NCBI GenBank assembly: GCA_041675145.1
Contig: JBAYUK010000001.1
Span: 378,283 to 428,244, forward strand
Reading direction: 5' to 3'
DNA from: Patescibacteria group bacterium
GTDB lineage: Bacteria; Patescibacteriota; JACPGU01
Length of the DNA: 49,962 nt
In this document: positions 34,698-45,900 of the stretch, one piece after another
Position numbering within the stretch: position 1 is the first letter of the stretch
Layout of the letters: each line of letters opens with the position of its first letter
The notes under the pieces: model-generated
The model's database searches: none
Told to the model about the DNA's origin: nothing
What the model saw: only the letters and a program-made list of their open reading frames with translations
Translations under genes and position numbers: made by a program

Positions 34698-37600
34698 TTA
34701 TTCTTTCTTTTTAATTTCTTTTTGCAACTCTTCTACTTGCTTCTGGAGCTTCTCAATATCTCGGCTGTGTTTGTCCACCTTCTTCTCTACACTATCCAGT
34801 CTACCATCGAGCGCTGCTACTTCGAGTACCTTTTGGTCAAGTGTCGCAATCTGGGCTTTCATGTCTTTGATGTCTCGTGAGGCCGTAACGAGTTTCTTTA
34901 GACCCTCAACATCACCCTGGAGACCAATAATTTCTTTCTGCTGATCCTGAACTGCCTGTACAATCAGTGGCGTGATCTTTCCATAATCTACCGACCACAT
35001 TTTGTCAGAATCAGTATGAGCCGTTACAGCCTCCGGATAAACATCATATAATTCCTGGGCAATATATCCAGTATGAAGGGGGGCATTTGCCACATCTGCA
35101 TTGTAATGGTAGTCACGAACCTGGATCTTCATAAGATCACTAAGTCCTTTGACAGTATCTTGAATGTCGCGTTTCATACGACGATCTGAAGAGGCACTAT
35201 AACTCGTTGTAGTACTTGTAAATGTAATCTCACCTGCGTCGGTACCATCACCATCTTGGAATTGAATCAGGGTTCCATCAGGTCCTGAGGCACCGTCCGG
35301 AGCATCTTCACCGGCTATAATCAAAAGTCCTTTTCGGTTTGCGTTATTGCCGTCGTTAAAGATACGCGCCGCATATGCAGACGAGTTGTCATAGACAACA
35401 TCGAGGCGTGCTGTAGCAGCTCCAGCGGTTCCAATACCAACATCACCGTCACTCTCGATACGCATACGCTCAGCAATGTCTGCTGCGTTAGTGGCAGTAT
35501 AGAATTTCAAATCAGCCGGCACAAATGACGCACCAGAAGCGCCGCTTTGCTGCGCCTTAATGAATGCACCGTTCGCAAAAGCACCTGATGAATTGACTCC
35601 TTTGAAGGTCAGACTACCAAGATTGTCCGTATCAACTGTTTGCGTAATTGTACCGAGTGTTGCATTATCTGATTTCCTGAAAATCATCGATACGTGATCA
35701 CCCGCAGCAGTAGAGTAATTATCCCAATATGTCTGCTGTGTACCCGTTGTAGCAACATGCAGTTTTCCTGCTAGTGTAACTGCCGCTTGTGTTCCGATTC
35801 CTACGAATCCTGCGCTGTCAATACGCAAGCGCTCAGTGAGCGAGGCCGAACCGTCAGCGGTCGTATACAAAGACAAACGACCCGGCATATCACCGTTACC
35901 CGGAGTGCCGTCTGAGAAGGCAAAGATACCTGCGCCACTTTCAAAACTATTACTATCTGCTCCTCTAAAGTAGAGTCCGCCGAGCTGATCTCCTGATGCC
36001 ACCACCGTGAGAGTACCGTCTGTTGTACCACGAGAGCGCTGAAGCTCAAGGAGCGGAGAAGCATTCGCATCTGTCGTGCCTGAATATGAAGTCATCGCCA
36101 TACCGCCATAATTAGCATCTCCTACTGAAACGACTCCTAGTTTCTCGCCAAGACGAATATGGTTAGTTGTCGTAGTCGTTCCAAGAAGAGCAGTTCCACT
36201 TGCATCGATAATGAACGGCGTTGAATCCGTATAAGTACCGTCATCGTTCACGCGGAATGCAAGTGCACCTGTTCCTGTCTGAGCAGTTGTTACATTGAGC
36301 GCAGTACCATCGCCAGCTGCGGCACCGGTTAGACCGACTTTCAGTGCATTACCATCGACATCGGTATCTGCACTACTGTTTTCAAAGATTCCTACGCTTC
36401 CCGTCCATGAAGCTGCCGGATTTCCAGAAAATATAGCAGATATTCCAGTTGCAGAAGTTAACGCCGTAGAAGTAGAGGAAACATTCAATACCTTACCGGT
36501 CGTTATTACATTCGCCGAAACATTGAGTGCGTTTGCGGTAGTTAGTGTGTTGGCATCAATATAGGCCACACTGAGAGTGGTATTAGTATTATTGTTTATA
36601 TCAAATGTTGATGAACCCTGAACTGGGCTTGTACCAAAGTCAACCGTACCACCACCACTAAAGTTAAAACCAGGGTTATTAGAAGCATTACCAAACGTTA
36701 GAGATGGAGCAGAGCTGTCTGCTACAAACAGGGGGTTATTACTGTCATCCTGAATTGTAAATGCCTGAAGCAGTGAAGCGTTAAGTGTAGTAACGACATT
36801 ACTGTTCATTGCGATGTTTCCAGTGTCAGGAGTTGCACTAAGCATAACCGAGTTATCTGCTTTTCTAAGCTCAATGCTTGAACCAGGAGAATCTGAGCCT
36901 ACCTTTAAGATCACCTTACCGGTACCACTTGAGATAAGACTCGCATCCTGATTCGTTCCACCTGCAGTAAACGTAAGTGCACCGGTTCCAGTAATTGAGC
37001 CATTAGTGGTACCAGTACCTCCTTGTGCGACAGTCACAGCAGCGCCAGAGGTAAGGAATGTACCACCGGTTGCAGGGAGAGTGAAAGTCTGATCACCAGT
37101 TAGTTCTGTTTCAGAAATAGTTGCAGTAAAGCTTGCTGCACCGCCAGTAGCCGGCGCAAAAGCTATCTTGTCGTCAGTTGAAGTTGTTGTTTGTAAAATA
37201 GTTTTTCCAGTACCAGTAGTTTTAAGTGTAATCCCCTTGTTTGTACCGCCAGCTGCCATAGTAATAGCTCCACCACCAGCAAGATCTGTATCATACGAGC
37301 TATGAGAAGTAATAGTAAACCAGTCTGTTGGAGTACCGGATCCATTTGGTGCGAGCGCGAGTGCTGAGTCCTTTCCAACAACTGCCACTACTCCAAGGCG
37401 CGCATGGCCTACCTTAGCACCAACAGTTAGCGCTCCACCGACTGGAGAATCATTAGTATCTACAGATAAGACAGTAAAGTCATCAGCTGCATTACGAACC
37501 TTGAATGCAGTTGTAGTGTTCGATCCTGGCTTAACTGCAACATCCCCTGTTGAGGTAACAAGTGGCGTAGAAATTGAGGTAGTAAAAGCAGGCGCAGTAC

Positions 37601-40600
37601 CAAACACGAGAGCACCAGTACCTGTCTCATCAGAGATAACACCCGCTAGCTGGGCAGATGTTGTAGCAGCAAAAGCACCAAGATTACTTGAAGTATACGC
37701 AACCGTACCTCCTGTACCAAAAGCGACTGAACTACTATCAGTACCAGTAAGGGTTAGGGTATTACTAGCAGTGAGTGTCTTACCATCAGCGATAGTAAGT
37801 GTCGATCCGGTGGCAGGAGTAGTAATGGTGAGTTTGTTGACGGTAGTAGCAGTAGCCACTCCAATATTTGGTGTAGTGAGGGTTGGGCTAGTAGCCAGCA
37901 CTATATTACCAGTACCGGTTGTAGCAGTAGCACTCCAAGTTCCTGAGGTAATCGTCGCTATACCAGTCAACGCCGAGCTATTAATACCGGTACCACCGTT
38001 TGCAGCCGCAAGTGATCCAGTTGTTTCAGTAGATAAGTCAACAGCTGATGACGATAGGTTACCCGACCCGTCAGCATGCACCACGCCAGTAGAAAGTGAA
38101 CTAATGTTAAAAGTACCTGTTCCGAGGAAGGTGAAATCAGGATTGGTCGTTGAGTTTCCAAAACCGATGTTCTCACTGCCATTCGTCGTATCTATAAAGA
38201 AGTAATCATCCGAACCCTGGCCAATCTTAAAAGCTGTACCCGAGTTGTCTGCAACCGAAACGAGTGTCAGGGCAGTAAGACTAGTAATGTCTGAGTTCGC
38301 ACCACCAGATGCTTTACCATTAAAAGTATTCCAGTCAGTAGACGAAAGATATCCATCAGTTGAGCCATCAGCTTGGGAAATCGAAATAGCGTTAACCGAT
38401 CGAGATAGTGGCAAGTTAAAGGTAAGTGGGTTTTCAAAATCTGTGCCTCCACTCGCAGCCGAGACAACACCAGCAGTTGCCTTGAGTAGTCCCGAAATAG
38501 CCGTATTAATAGTAGTGGTACCAGTGGCAGTTAAACTTGTAAATGTTCCTGCTGCTGGCGTTGACCCACCAATAGTTGTTCCGTTGATTGTACCACCAGT
38601 AATTGTAACGCTACTTGCGCTCTGAGTGGCTATCGTACCAAGCCCTGAGATATCTGTCGTTGCTAATTGGCCTACTGAAATAGCACCACCGACAGTAGAT
38701 TGCTTAAGAACTTGGCTCGCGCCTCCTGTTGCAGAAAGGTCAGAACCCGTACCGCCACGAGTAACATCAAGGGTTGCGATGGAAGTAAGTGCACCAGTCG
38801 CTCCGTCGTTAACTACAATCTGATCCAGTGCACCAGTAGCAATCTTCGTCCGATCAATACTAGCGTCAGAGGCAATATTAGCATTTTTAATATTCACAAT
38901 ACGCGTACCATCACTTGAAGTTGCAACCGTAGCGTAGCCATCAGTAGTTGAATCAATCTTAATCGCGAGACCCCCTACATTTTCCAAACCACCAGTAGCG
39001 GTTGGTGACACAAGCTGTGAGGTTAGCGCCACAGTACCGGTCGCATCAGGAAAAGTAATGGTACGAGCAGCTGTCACATTTTCGTTGGTTAGTGTAAGTG
39101 TAAATCCAGGAGAGGCACCAAACGGAATAATAGCAATCTTGTCCGAAGCACCACCATTCGTACCATCAATTACCACTGTTCCAGTCGAACCTTTTGGTTT
39201 AAGGTTAATGTTGCTCGTTGTGCCGCCGGCTTGGATATTTATATTCCCTGCAGAATTCATAACCATATCCCCTGATGCCTTACCTTCAATACTCATCAGT
39301 TTTGAGAAGGTTGGAGCTGTTGGATCTGCCTCATCAGGAAGAAGAGCAAGTACCGCATCTTTGCTCGCTGGTGCAATAACACCCAGTCTTGTATGGTCTC
39401 CACCGGCAGTACCTAACACACTAAGACGAACAAGCGCTGAAGCACCAGTATCTATAGTGGCAATATCAGTACCAGCTGCATTTCTAAAACTAATTGCACC
39501 AGCCGCGTCACCACCAGTTCCCGGCTTTAAGACTACTTTTCCTGTAGTACCTGAAGCGATCGTAATATCCTCAGTTGCAGCTGAAGTAAGGTCAGTTGCC
39601 ACACCCGAGAAAGTGAGTCCACCAGTAAGCGTGCCACCTGAGGTAGCTACATAGCTACCAAGATCACTCGCATATACAACTGTTCCACCTGCTCCAAAAG
39701 CTACCGATGAGCCATCAGTACCAGTAAAGGTTAGAGTATTACTACTGGTGAGGGTCTTACCGTCGGCGATAGTAAGAGTTGATCCGGTGGCAGGAGTAGT
39801 AATGGTGAGTTTGTTGACTGTTGTAGCAGTAGCCACTCCAATATTTGGTGTAGTGAGGGTTGGGCTGGTAGCCAATACGAACACACCCGTACCAGTCTCA
39901 TCTGAAAGAACACCAGCTAGCTGTGCTGAGGTAGTAGCCGCAAAAGCACCAAGATTATTAGAAAGTAGGGCAAGAGTACTCGTACCGCCAGGAATGGTAT
40001 GGGTGTTCAATGTAGCCGCTCCAGCAATATCTCCAGTATCTGAAATAGTCACGACTGAATTCTGTAACAGCTTACCAGTCGCGAGATCAAAACGAGCCAC
40101 AGCGTTGTCTGTAGATGAAGCTGGACCAACCACATCACCAGTACCAGCCGTTGCCCAAGTAAGGGTAGAAGTGGCGCCACCAGAACTTGAAAGTACCTGT
40201 CCTGCAGTTGGTGCAGTAGTAGGCAAAGTATAAATGAGGTTGGCTGCCTGGTCTCCTGTTCTAAATCTTGTATAGAGAGACGGTGTAGCTTCGTTTTCTA
40301 AAATACTAAACCCATAAGTAGAGGTAGTGGTATCTACCACGAAAACCCGAGTGACATTGTCTGCTCGGCGGATTTCAAACGCATTCGCACTGTCTGTGCC
40401 TGGCTTAGCAATCACCGCTCCAGTACCAGATGAAGTAATTGAAACATCCTGGTTCGTACCGCCAGCAGACAAAGCGAGTGCTCCTGAACTCGCAACAGAG
40501 GTAGTTGCAGTAAGAGAGGTAATATCCGAGTTAGCGCCCGATACTGCTGCACCTATATCTCCACGAGTTTGAGCAGAAGTTCTATTAACCCACGCAGCTC

Positions 40601-42338
40601 CGTTATATTTCAAAAAGTCACCAGAGGCTAGGCCAGTTAAAGTAACATCAGAAAGAGTGGCCACAGATCCACCACCTCCAGCTGCTACCCACGCCGTGTT
40701 GGTGCCGTCAGTTCCCAGCACCTTTCCGCTATTACCAGTCTGTAAGGGAAGAAGTGCGTTAAGAGCCGCGTTAGCAGTAATCTGTCCAGTTCCACCTTGC
40801 GCTATTGAAAGAGCAGTTGTAAGCCCTGAAAGAGAGGTAATATCTGAGTTAGCACCACTCGCTGCTGCGCCTATTGAGGTTTTGACTTGCGCTGGAGTTT
40901 TGTTTACCCATGCGGTTCCGTTGTATTGTAAGAAGTCATTAGTAGCAAGAGAAGTGAGGGTAACATCGGTAAGAGTAGATACTGACCCACCACCAGCAGC
41001 GGTTGTCCATGAGAGTAAACCTGAACCATCCGTAGTTAGAACCTGTCCTGGTGTTCCGTCATCAACTGGTAAGGTGTAGAGAATATCTGCCGCCTGGTCT
41101 GCACCGACAAATTTTGTATAAAAAGTAGGAGAAACTCCTCCCTCTACGATTCCAAAGGTACCCGCTACTGCTACCTGCCCAGTGCCAGCTGGAGTAAGCG
41201 TAATTGAATTGTTCGAGCCACCGGCAGTAAGCGTCAACGCTCCTGTTGAGGTAAGGGCGGTAACTGCAGTAAGAGATGTAATATCTGCATTTGCACCGTT
41301 TGCTGCTTTTCCAGAAAGAGCAGTGGTAAGATCTGTCTGAGAAGATAAAGTTCCGGTAATTGTTCCCCACGCAGCACCAGCAGCGTTAGTTACCCAGGCA
41401 GTATCCGTGCCGTTAGTTCCTAAAATCTTACCTGAGTTTCCGCCTTGAGATGGCAAGAGGTTGTTGAGCCCTGCGTTAGCAGTTGCTGCTCCCGTACCGC
41501 CTTGCGCAACTGGTAGCGTTCCTGAAATAGATCCGAAGGTAAGCGTAACTGTTCCGGTTTGACCGTTCACTGAAGTAACGGCAGCTGGAGTAGAAAGCAC
41601 TACCCAGTCACCATCTGTTGAACCTGTTAGTGTCTGTAAAATATATGTCGTAGTATTGTCAGTTTGCACTGCCACATCACCAACAACTGCAGATCCTGCA
41701 AGAGCGAGACGCGCTGTCTGGTCAGCCACTACAAAGGTATTATTAATTGGCTGAGAAGAAAGCTGTGAGCTTGGCACCTTACCGCTCGCATTCAGAGACG
41801 CAATACCACTCGCAATTCCTTTCTGGTTGGTAATTTCCGACTGAGTAGCGGTACTAAAGTCTGAGATATTCGTACTGGTCAAAGCAAAATTAGCTTCATT
41901 TACATCAAGCGTATTGCCGGTCAGTTGCAACTTAGATGAAATAGAAAGCTCAGAAAGCGTATTGGCTGCAGATGCATAGAGTAACTTACCCATTGTTATT
42001 GAAGAAAGTCCGGTACCACCCTCAGTAACAGGCAAGGCAGTAGTCAAACCAGTAAGAGAGGTAATATCTGCATTCGCTCCTGACAAAGCGGGAGGAATAA
42101 CCGTACAGTTGGTAGCTCCTGGTGCACATGAAGGAGCAAGCGTTTCACCAGGAAGGTACTGTGATCCTGGAGGAGCAGCAAAGGTGTTGAGTAAAGCTCC
42201 TGATAGAGCCAATACCACGGCGCCGGTTACCATAATCAAAGATACCCGGTGAGCACCAAAAAAAGACACCCCGAAAGTCGGTTGATTACCGCCTTGTTTA
42301 AGTGTCTTGTCTGTGTTGCTTTTGTTTTGCTGTGGCAT
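34698..42338 (-). CDS. Giant (2546 aa) membrane-anchored/secreted fibre-like protein with C-terminal peptidase S74 autocleaving chaperone and coiled coil
   Basis: N-terminal hydrophobic segment; T/G/A/S-rich beta repeats (GAN[AS]DITSL x5, LPV.QGGTG-like repeats); C-terminal SSDRRMKRDI...GYIAQE...VDYGKITPLIVQAVQDQQ followed by heptads. Confidence 0.85.
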   Translation of the reverse strand: MPQQNKSNTDKTLKQGGNQPTFGVSFFGAHRVSLIMVTGAVVLALSGALLNTFAAPPGSQYLPGETLAPSCAPGATNCTVIPPALSGANADITSLTGLTTALPVTEGGTGLSSITMGKLLYASAANTLSELSISSKLQLTGNTLDVNEANFALTSTNISDFSTATQSEITNQKGIASGIASLNASGKVPSSQLSSQPINNTFVVADQTARLALAGSAVVGDVAVQTDNTTTYILQTLTGSTDGDWVVLSTPAAVTSVNGQTGTVTLTFGSISGTLPVAQGGTGAATANAGLNNLLPSQGGNSGKILGTNGTDTAWVTNAAGAAWGTITGTLSSQTDLTTALSGKAANGANADITSLTAVTALTSTGALTLTAGGSNNSITLTPAGTGQVAVAGTFGIVEGGVSPTFYTKFVGADQAADILYTLPVDDGTPGQVLTTDGSGLLSWTTAAGGGSVSTLTDVTLTSLATNDFLQYNGTAWVNKTPAQVKTSIGAAASGANSDITSLSGLTTALSIAQGGTGQITANAALNALLPLQTGNSGKVLGTDGTNTAWVAAGGGGSVATLSDVTLTGLASGDFLKYNGAAWVNRTSAQTRGDIGAAVSGANSDITSLTATTSVASSGALALSAGGTNQDVSITSSGTGAVIAKPGTDSANAFEIRRADNVTRVFVVDTTTSTYGFSILENEATPSLYTRFRTGDQAANLIYTLPTTAPTAGQVLSSSGGATSTLTWATAGTGDVVGPASSTDNAVARFDLATGKLLQNSVVTISDTGDIAGAATLNTHTIPGGTSTLALLSNNLGAFAATTSAQLAGVLSDETGTGVFVLATSPTLTTPNIGVATATTVNKLTITTPATGSTLTIADGKTLTSSNTLTFTGTDGSSVAFGAGGTVVYASDLGSYVATSGGTLTGGLTFSGVATDLTSAATEDITIASGTTGKVVLKPGTGGDAAGAISFRNAAGTDIATIDTGASALVRLSVLGTAGGDHTRLGVIAPASKDAVLALLPDEADPTAPTFSKLMSIEGKASGDMVMNSAGNINIQAGGTTSNINLKPKGSTGTVVIDGTNGGASDKIAIIPFGASPGFTLTLTNENVTAARTITFPDATGTVALTSQLVSPTATGGLENVGGLAIKIDSTTDGYATVATSSDGTRIVNIKNANIASDASIDRTKIATGALDQIVVNDGATGALTSIATLDVTRGGTGSDLSATGGASQVLKQSTVGGAISVGQLATTDISGLGTIATQSASSVTITGGTINGTTIGGSTPAAGTFTSLTATGTTTINTAISGLLKATAGVVSAASGGTDFENPLTFNLPLSRSVNAISISQADGSTDGYLSSTDWNTFNGKASGGANSDITSLTALTLVSVADNSGTAFKIGQGSDDYFFIDTTNGSENIGFGNSTTNPDFTFLGTGTFNISSLSTGVVHADGSGNLSSSAVDLSTETTGSLAAANGGTGINSSALTGIATITSGTWSATATTGTGNIVLATSPTLTTPNIGVATATTVNKLTITTPATGSTLTIADGKTLTASNTLTLTGTDSSSVAFGTGGTVAYTSSNLGAFAATTSAQLAGVISDETGTGALVFGTAPAFTTSISTPLVTSTGDVAVKPGSNTTTAFKVRNAADDFTVLSVDTNDSPVGGALTVGAKVGHARLGVVAVVGKDSALALAPNGSGTPTDWFTITSHSSYDTDLAGGGAITMAAGGTNKGITLKTTGTGKTILQTTTSTDDKIAFAPATGGAASFTATISETELTGDQTFTLPATGGTFLTSGAAVTVAQGGTGTTNGSITGTGALTFTAGGTNQDASLISSGTGKVILKVGSDSPGSSIELRKADNSVMLSATPDTGNIAMNSNVVTTLNASLLQAFTIQDDSNNPLFVADSSAPSLTFGNASNNPGFNFSGGGTVDFGTSPVQGSSTFDINNNTNTTLSVAYIDANTLTTANALNVSANVITTGKVLNVSSTSTALTSATGISAIFSGNPAASWTGSVGIFENSSADTDVDGNALKVGLTGAAAGDGTALNVTTAQTGTGALAFRVNDDGTYTDSTPFIIDASGTALLGTTTTTNHIRLGEKLGVVSVGDANYGGMAMTSYSGTTDANASPLLELQRSRGTTDGTLTVVASGDQLGGLYFRGADSNSFESGAGIFAFSDGTPGNGDMPGRLSLYTTADGSASLTERLRIDSAGFVGIGTQAAVTLAGKLHVATTGTQQTYWDNYSTAAGDHVSMIFRKSDNATLGTITQTVDTDNLGSLTFKGVNSSGAFANGAFIKAQQSGASGASFVPADLKFYTATNAADIAERMRIESDGDVGIGTAGAATARLDVVYDNSSAYAARIFNDGNNANRKGLLIIAGEDAPDGASGPDGTLIQFQDGDGTDAGEITFTSTTTSYSASSDRRMKRDIQDTVKGLSDLMKIQVRDYHYNADVANAPLHTGYIAQELYDVYPEAVTAHTDSDKMWSVDYGKITPLIVQAVQDQQKEIIGLQGDVEGLKKLVTASRDIKDMKAQIATLDQKVLEVAALDGRLDSVEKKVDKHSRDIEKLQKQVEELQKEIKKKE
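37771..37897 (-). repeat. Internal direct repeat copy 2 (pair of 39748-39874)
   Basis: Near-identical DNA encoding LATSPTLTTPNIGVATATTVNKLTITTPATGSTLTIADGKTLT. Confidence 0.85.
39748..39874 (-). repeat. Internal direct repeat copy 1 (pair of 37771-37897)
   Basis: Same peptide; differences are mostly at synonymous positions. Confidence 0.85.
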
Positions 42339-42492
42339 TGTGGAAAACTCTTATTTCTATTTTGGCTAACCTAAGCTAACTTCGCAAAAATACAAACATA
42401 CTCCTCTAATCAAACATGAGAATACTATTATCATACCCTGAAAATACTCCTCTCGTAAAGATAGTTAGGGAGATTTTGTATATCAAAAACAA

Positions 42493-42975
42493 CTACTTTG
42501 TAATCTTGCATGCCTTGGTGTTCACACCTTTAACGCCGTCGGATAACCGTACGCAAAACACAAAGTCGGTTTCACGCCTTTCATAGTACACATCCTTGGT
42601 ATCATCAATATCTAGTACAATAAATCGTAGGTTCTTGGTGTCGGCCAAATCCTTCAGACTCTTGGGAAATTCTTTATTCTCGAAATAATATTCCTGAATA
42701 GCAAGCATTGCGTTACTTGCCTCCTCTAAAATGACTCGGTCATTTTTGAGTACCTCAACATACTTAGTCAGCTCGATAACCCTTGCCTCTGCATCGTTTA
42801 CATCATGAGCAGTAGAGGAAGAATAGGAACGTATAAAACTCCCGAGACTATCAAAGTTTGTGACAACCAAGAGCACGAACAACACCAACGGTACGGTCAC
42901 ACCCCATTTGGGAGGCGTGCCGGTGTTGTTGATAATAATGTTCGGAATAATCTCTTTTTCTTTTTGTGTTTTCAT
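42493..42975 (-). CDS. Single-TM hypothetical protein with a pilin/pseudopilin-like globular region
   Basis: One TM, a helical stalk, then AIQEYYFENKEFPKSLKDL ... YYE...FVFCVRL, resembling the YP..L..L and Y.LC patterns of pilin-like domains. No prepilin cleavage motif is evident. Confidence 0.55.
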   Translation of the reverse strand: MKTQKEKEIIPNIIINNTGTPPKWGVTVPLVLFVLLVVTNFDSLGSFIRSYSSSTAHDVNDAEARVIELTKYVEVLKNDRVILEEASNAMLAIQEYYFENKEFPKSLKDLADTKNLRFIVLDIDDTKDVYYERRETDFVFCVRLSDGVKGVNTKACKITK

Positions 42976-42978
42976 TAC

Positions 42979-45900
42979 TTACTCCCATCGTATCGGAAAC
43001 AGTCTCGTTGGGGAAGGGGTGATCTGAGGCGCCACATACTGGTACACCGGAGCAACTACTCTGGTTTGCTCCAGCTGCGTAACGCGGTCATCGATCGTGC
43101 GAATCTTTTCCTCGAGCCCAAAGACTCTGGCTACCATCTCAGCGTTACTTCGTAAGATATCTGCAATAAAGCCAGTACCGACAACAGAGTCAGGTAATGG
43201 AGTTGCAGGTATGGTAGGGGTAACTGCAGTACCAGTTGTACCACTCCCTGATGATCCGCCCGAACTTCCTGTTACGACCGTACTTACTGTTGCGGTAAAG
43301 CCAAGCTGGGCAGTTGAACTCTGGTTTGACCACCAGACCGTTACTTTAAAGAAATAATTTCCAGCAGTGGGGACAGAAAGACCCAGAGTGGTGATAAAGT
43401 TCGCAGACGGTTGGATGAGTTTAGCAGCAGAGGCATAGGCGGTATCGTCTCCTCCTCCACACACATTGGTTGAGACCGTTACCACACAGTACTCATAGAG
43501 ATATTCAAAGGCTGCCGTTCCTTCATTGGTGATGACGACATTGGCTGCTATGTTTGGCACGGCTGTACTCGCCATACTTGTGATAAGTACCTGAGCAGGA
43601 GACCCCACTATTTGAATCTCACGGGATAGAACACTAGGCATCCCGTTGATACTAGTCTGGAAAATAACACTTACCCGTCTTCCAATCCACGCAGCATCAG
43701 ACGGTATGGCGTAGGTTGCCTCATAGGTAGCGGTAGCTGCCAGTAGTGTCATAGTCGCGTTCGCTACCAGCTCCTGCCAGGTAGCTCCATCCCAAAATCT
43801 CAAACGGTAAATCGGGGTAGTGTCAGCTGTTAATGGCTGGAAAACATTAGCATTATCTCGGGCCAGAGTCTGAATAGTAAAGCGCGCCGTATCCCCGATG
43901 CTATACACTTGGTTCCACCCCACAGCCTGAGTCAGTGAAGCTGCAACTGAGGTATCTACCTCGAAACTACTGGGTGTCGAATAGCTAGACCAGTTGCCGA
44001 AGTTATCTTGGTAACGAACCTTCCAGTAATACTGGTTGTGGTTAGTTAGAGTTGCGGCAGGGACTATATGGCTGGTTTCAGGACCTGCAGTTGTCCCGGT
44101 ATCTAAAACTGGAGTTGCAAAAGATATATCGCTATCCACCAGCCACTGCGATGCCTGATGGGTATGCCCAGCTGTTGGATCAGAAAAAGCTGAGGCTATG
44201 AGGGTTGGGGTCGCAGTACTGATAGTGCTAGCGTTTAAAGGTGAGATTACAGTCGGAGTTGCAATCGCGTTGGTCGTAAAGGTGGTAGGAGTTGAATAAC
44301 TGCTCCAGTTACCATTATTATCTTGGTAGCGTACCCGCCAGTAATAGACAGTAGAGTGAGCCAGAGACGTTTGCCCTGCAAGACTTCCGGCAAAGGTTCC
44401 GTTGCCAGCATTAACAGTGGTGGTTACTTCAGCTGCTCCTGCAGTTCTCGTCCACTCAGGAGTAGTAAAGGTGTTAGCGTCATCCAACTGCCACTGCGTA
44501 TCCGTATGTGTATCGCCAAGATCGGTGTCAGAAAAAGCTGAAGTAACGAGTACTGGATTTAGGATCTGATTCACTGCCGCACTACTCGGAGTAGTGTTGG
44601 TAGGAGTTACCGGTGGGGCGTTTGCTACCGTAAAGGCAATTGAGATATCTGAGAAAACCGGGGAGATGGCAGCGGTGGTACTGGAAAGCCCCACTTCATA
44701 CTGAATATACCGATCTGCATCTACTGCACAGGATGCGCCAGTTAAATCCGTTCCACTAGCAACAACTGCACAGGTACTAAAAGCAGGAGCACCACTCATG
44801 GTGGCCGAGTTACTGGTGCGTACTTTAACTGTAGTCTGTGGGGCAAGGGTCGTAGCGTATGTGAGCGTACCCCAGAAACTTCCGAGAAGATTAGAGTCAA
44901 AGATATTTGAAGTAAGCGTACCGCTCGTGTAGCGTACTTCCTCAGCACCAAAGGTATTAAAGGTGTTGAGTCCTGATTTGTATTCAGCTGCAACGAGAGC
45001 TGAACTGTACGCACTATCCGAGATACGAAATTCATCGATTATACCATTCATATTAAAGGCACCCGTCTTGTATGCCCCGAGTCGCAAATTAGCTGCAGTT
45101 GCAATGGTATTTCCCAGCGATCCCGTCCAGCTCGTTTGCAGAACACCATTCACATACAGATTACCCGTGTCTCCCGTACCATTCTTGACTGCCACAATGT
45201 GGTACCAGGTACCGGCTGTAAACGACATGCTGTTATACAATCTAGTACTCCAGTACCATCCTGTAGCCGAGGCGAACTCTCCTAAAAACGAATCTCCTGA
45301 GTGTGTAGAATCCCAAACCACACCCTGTGCAGTAAAAGCTGCAGCTGTCGGCTTGACCCAGACATCTATCGTATGGGTATTATCCAAGGCAACTGTGTTG
45401 GTGAATCCGTCTGTGATATCTATCCTGTCTGGTGAACCATTGAAGTTTTGCGCACCATCAAACTGGCCAGTTATTGGTGACGGAGTAGTACTCCCAAGCT
45501 TTACTCCATTAAGAGCAGAGGAAGTTGAGTCTGAGATAGCTGTCCCACTCGTCTCACCCAAGTGCATCACCATTTTGTAACTTGAGTTCCAGGTACCATT
45601 CACATTTTGTGCGTCAGTAGCTACCGCATTACCGTAGTACATGTATATATTGTCAGTAGCAGATGAGGCATCAATTTGGGGCACCTTCACCCACACGGTT
45701 GAAGTACCACCAACTGTGTCCCACATCTCTATTTGGTACGAGAGCAGCGTTGTGCCGTCACTGTCGGTAAAGCGCAAGTCTTGCCCTGCACTTTGCAATT
45801 TTGCGTAGTCAATATTACTTCCCGCCACTAACTTTACCATTACTGGGAAGTCAACCAGGTTTTCGGCCTGAGCACTGTTATCAAAGGTTATTTTTTGCCG

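Noticed and set aside
36295-41079. Numerous plus-strand ORFs (e.g. 37501-38205, 39058-39654, 39748-40233)
   Set aside because: Antisense shadows of the Thr/Gly/Ala/Ser-rich giant gene; low-complexity V/P/A translations with no start signals.
34698-42338. Prophage tail-fibre gene
   Set aside because: It has an N-terminal hydrophobic export segment and surface-protein neighbours; no capsid, terminase, portal or integrase is nearby.
42340-42460. Two AGAGGAGTAT repeats and tiny ORFs upstream of the fibre gene
   Set aside because: SD-to-ATG spacing is poor (1 or 13 nt) and the peptides are unremarkable; likely chance or promoter sequence.
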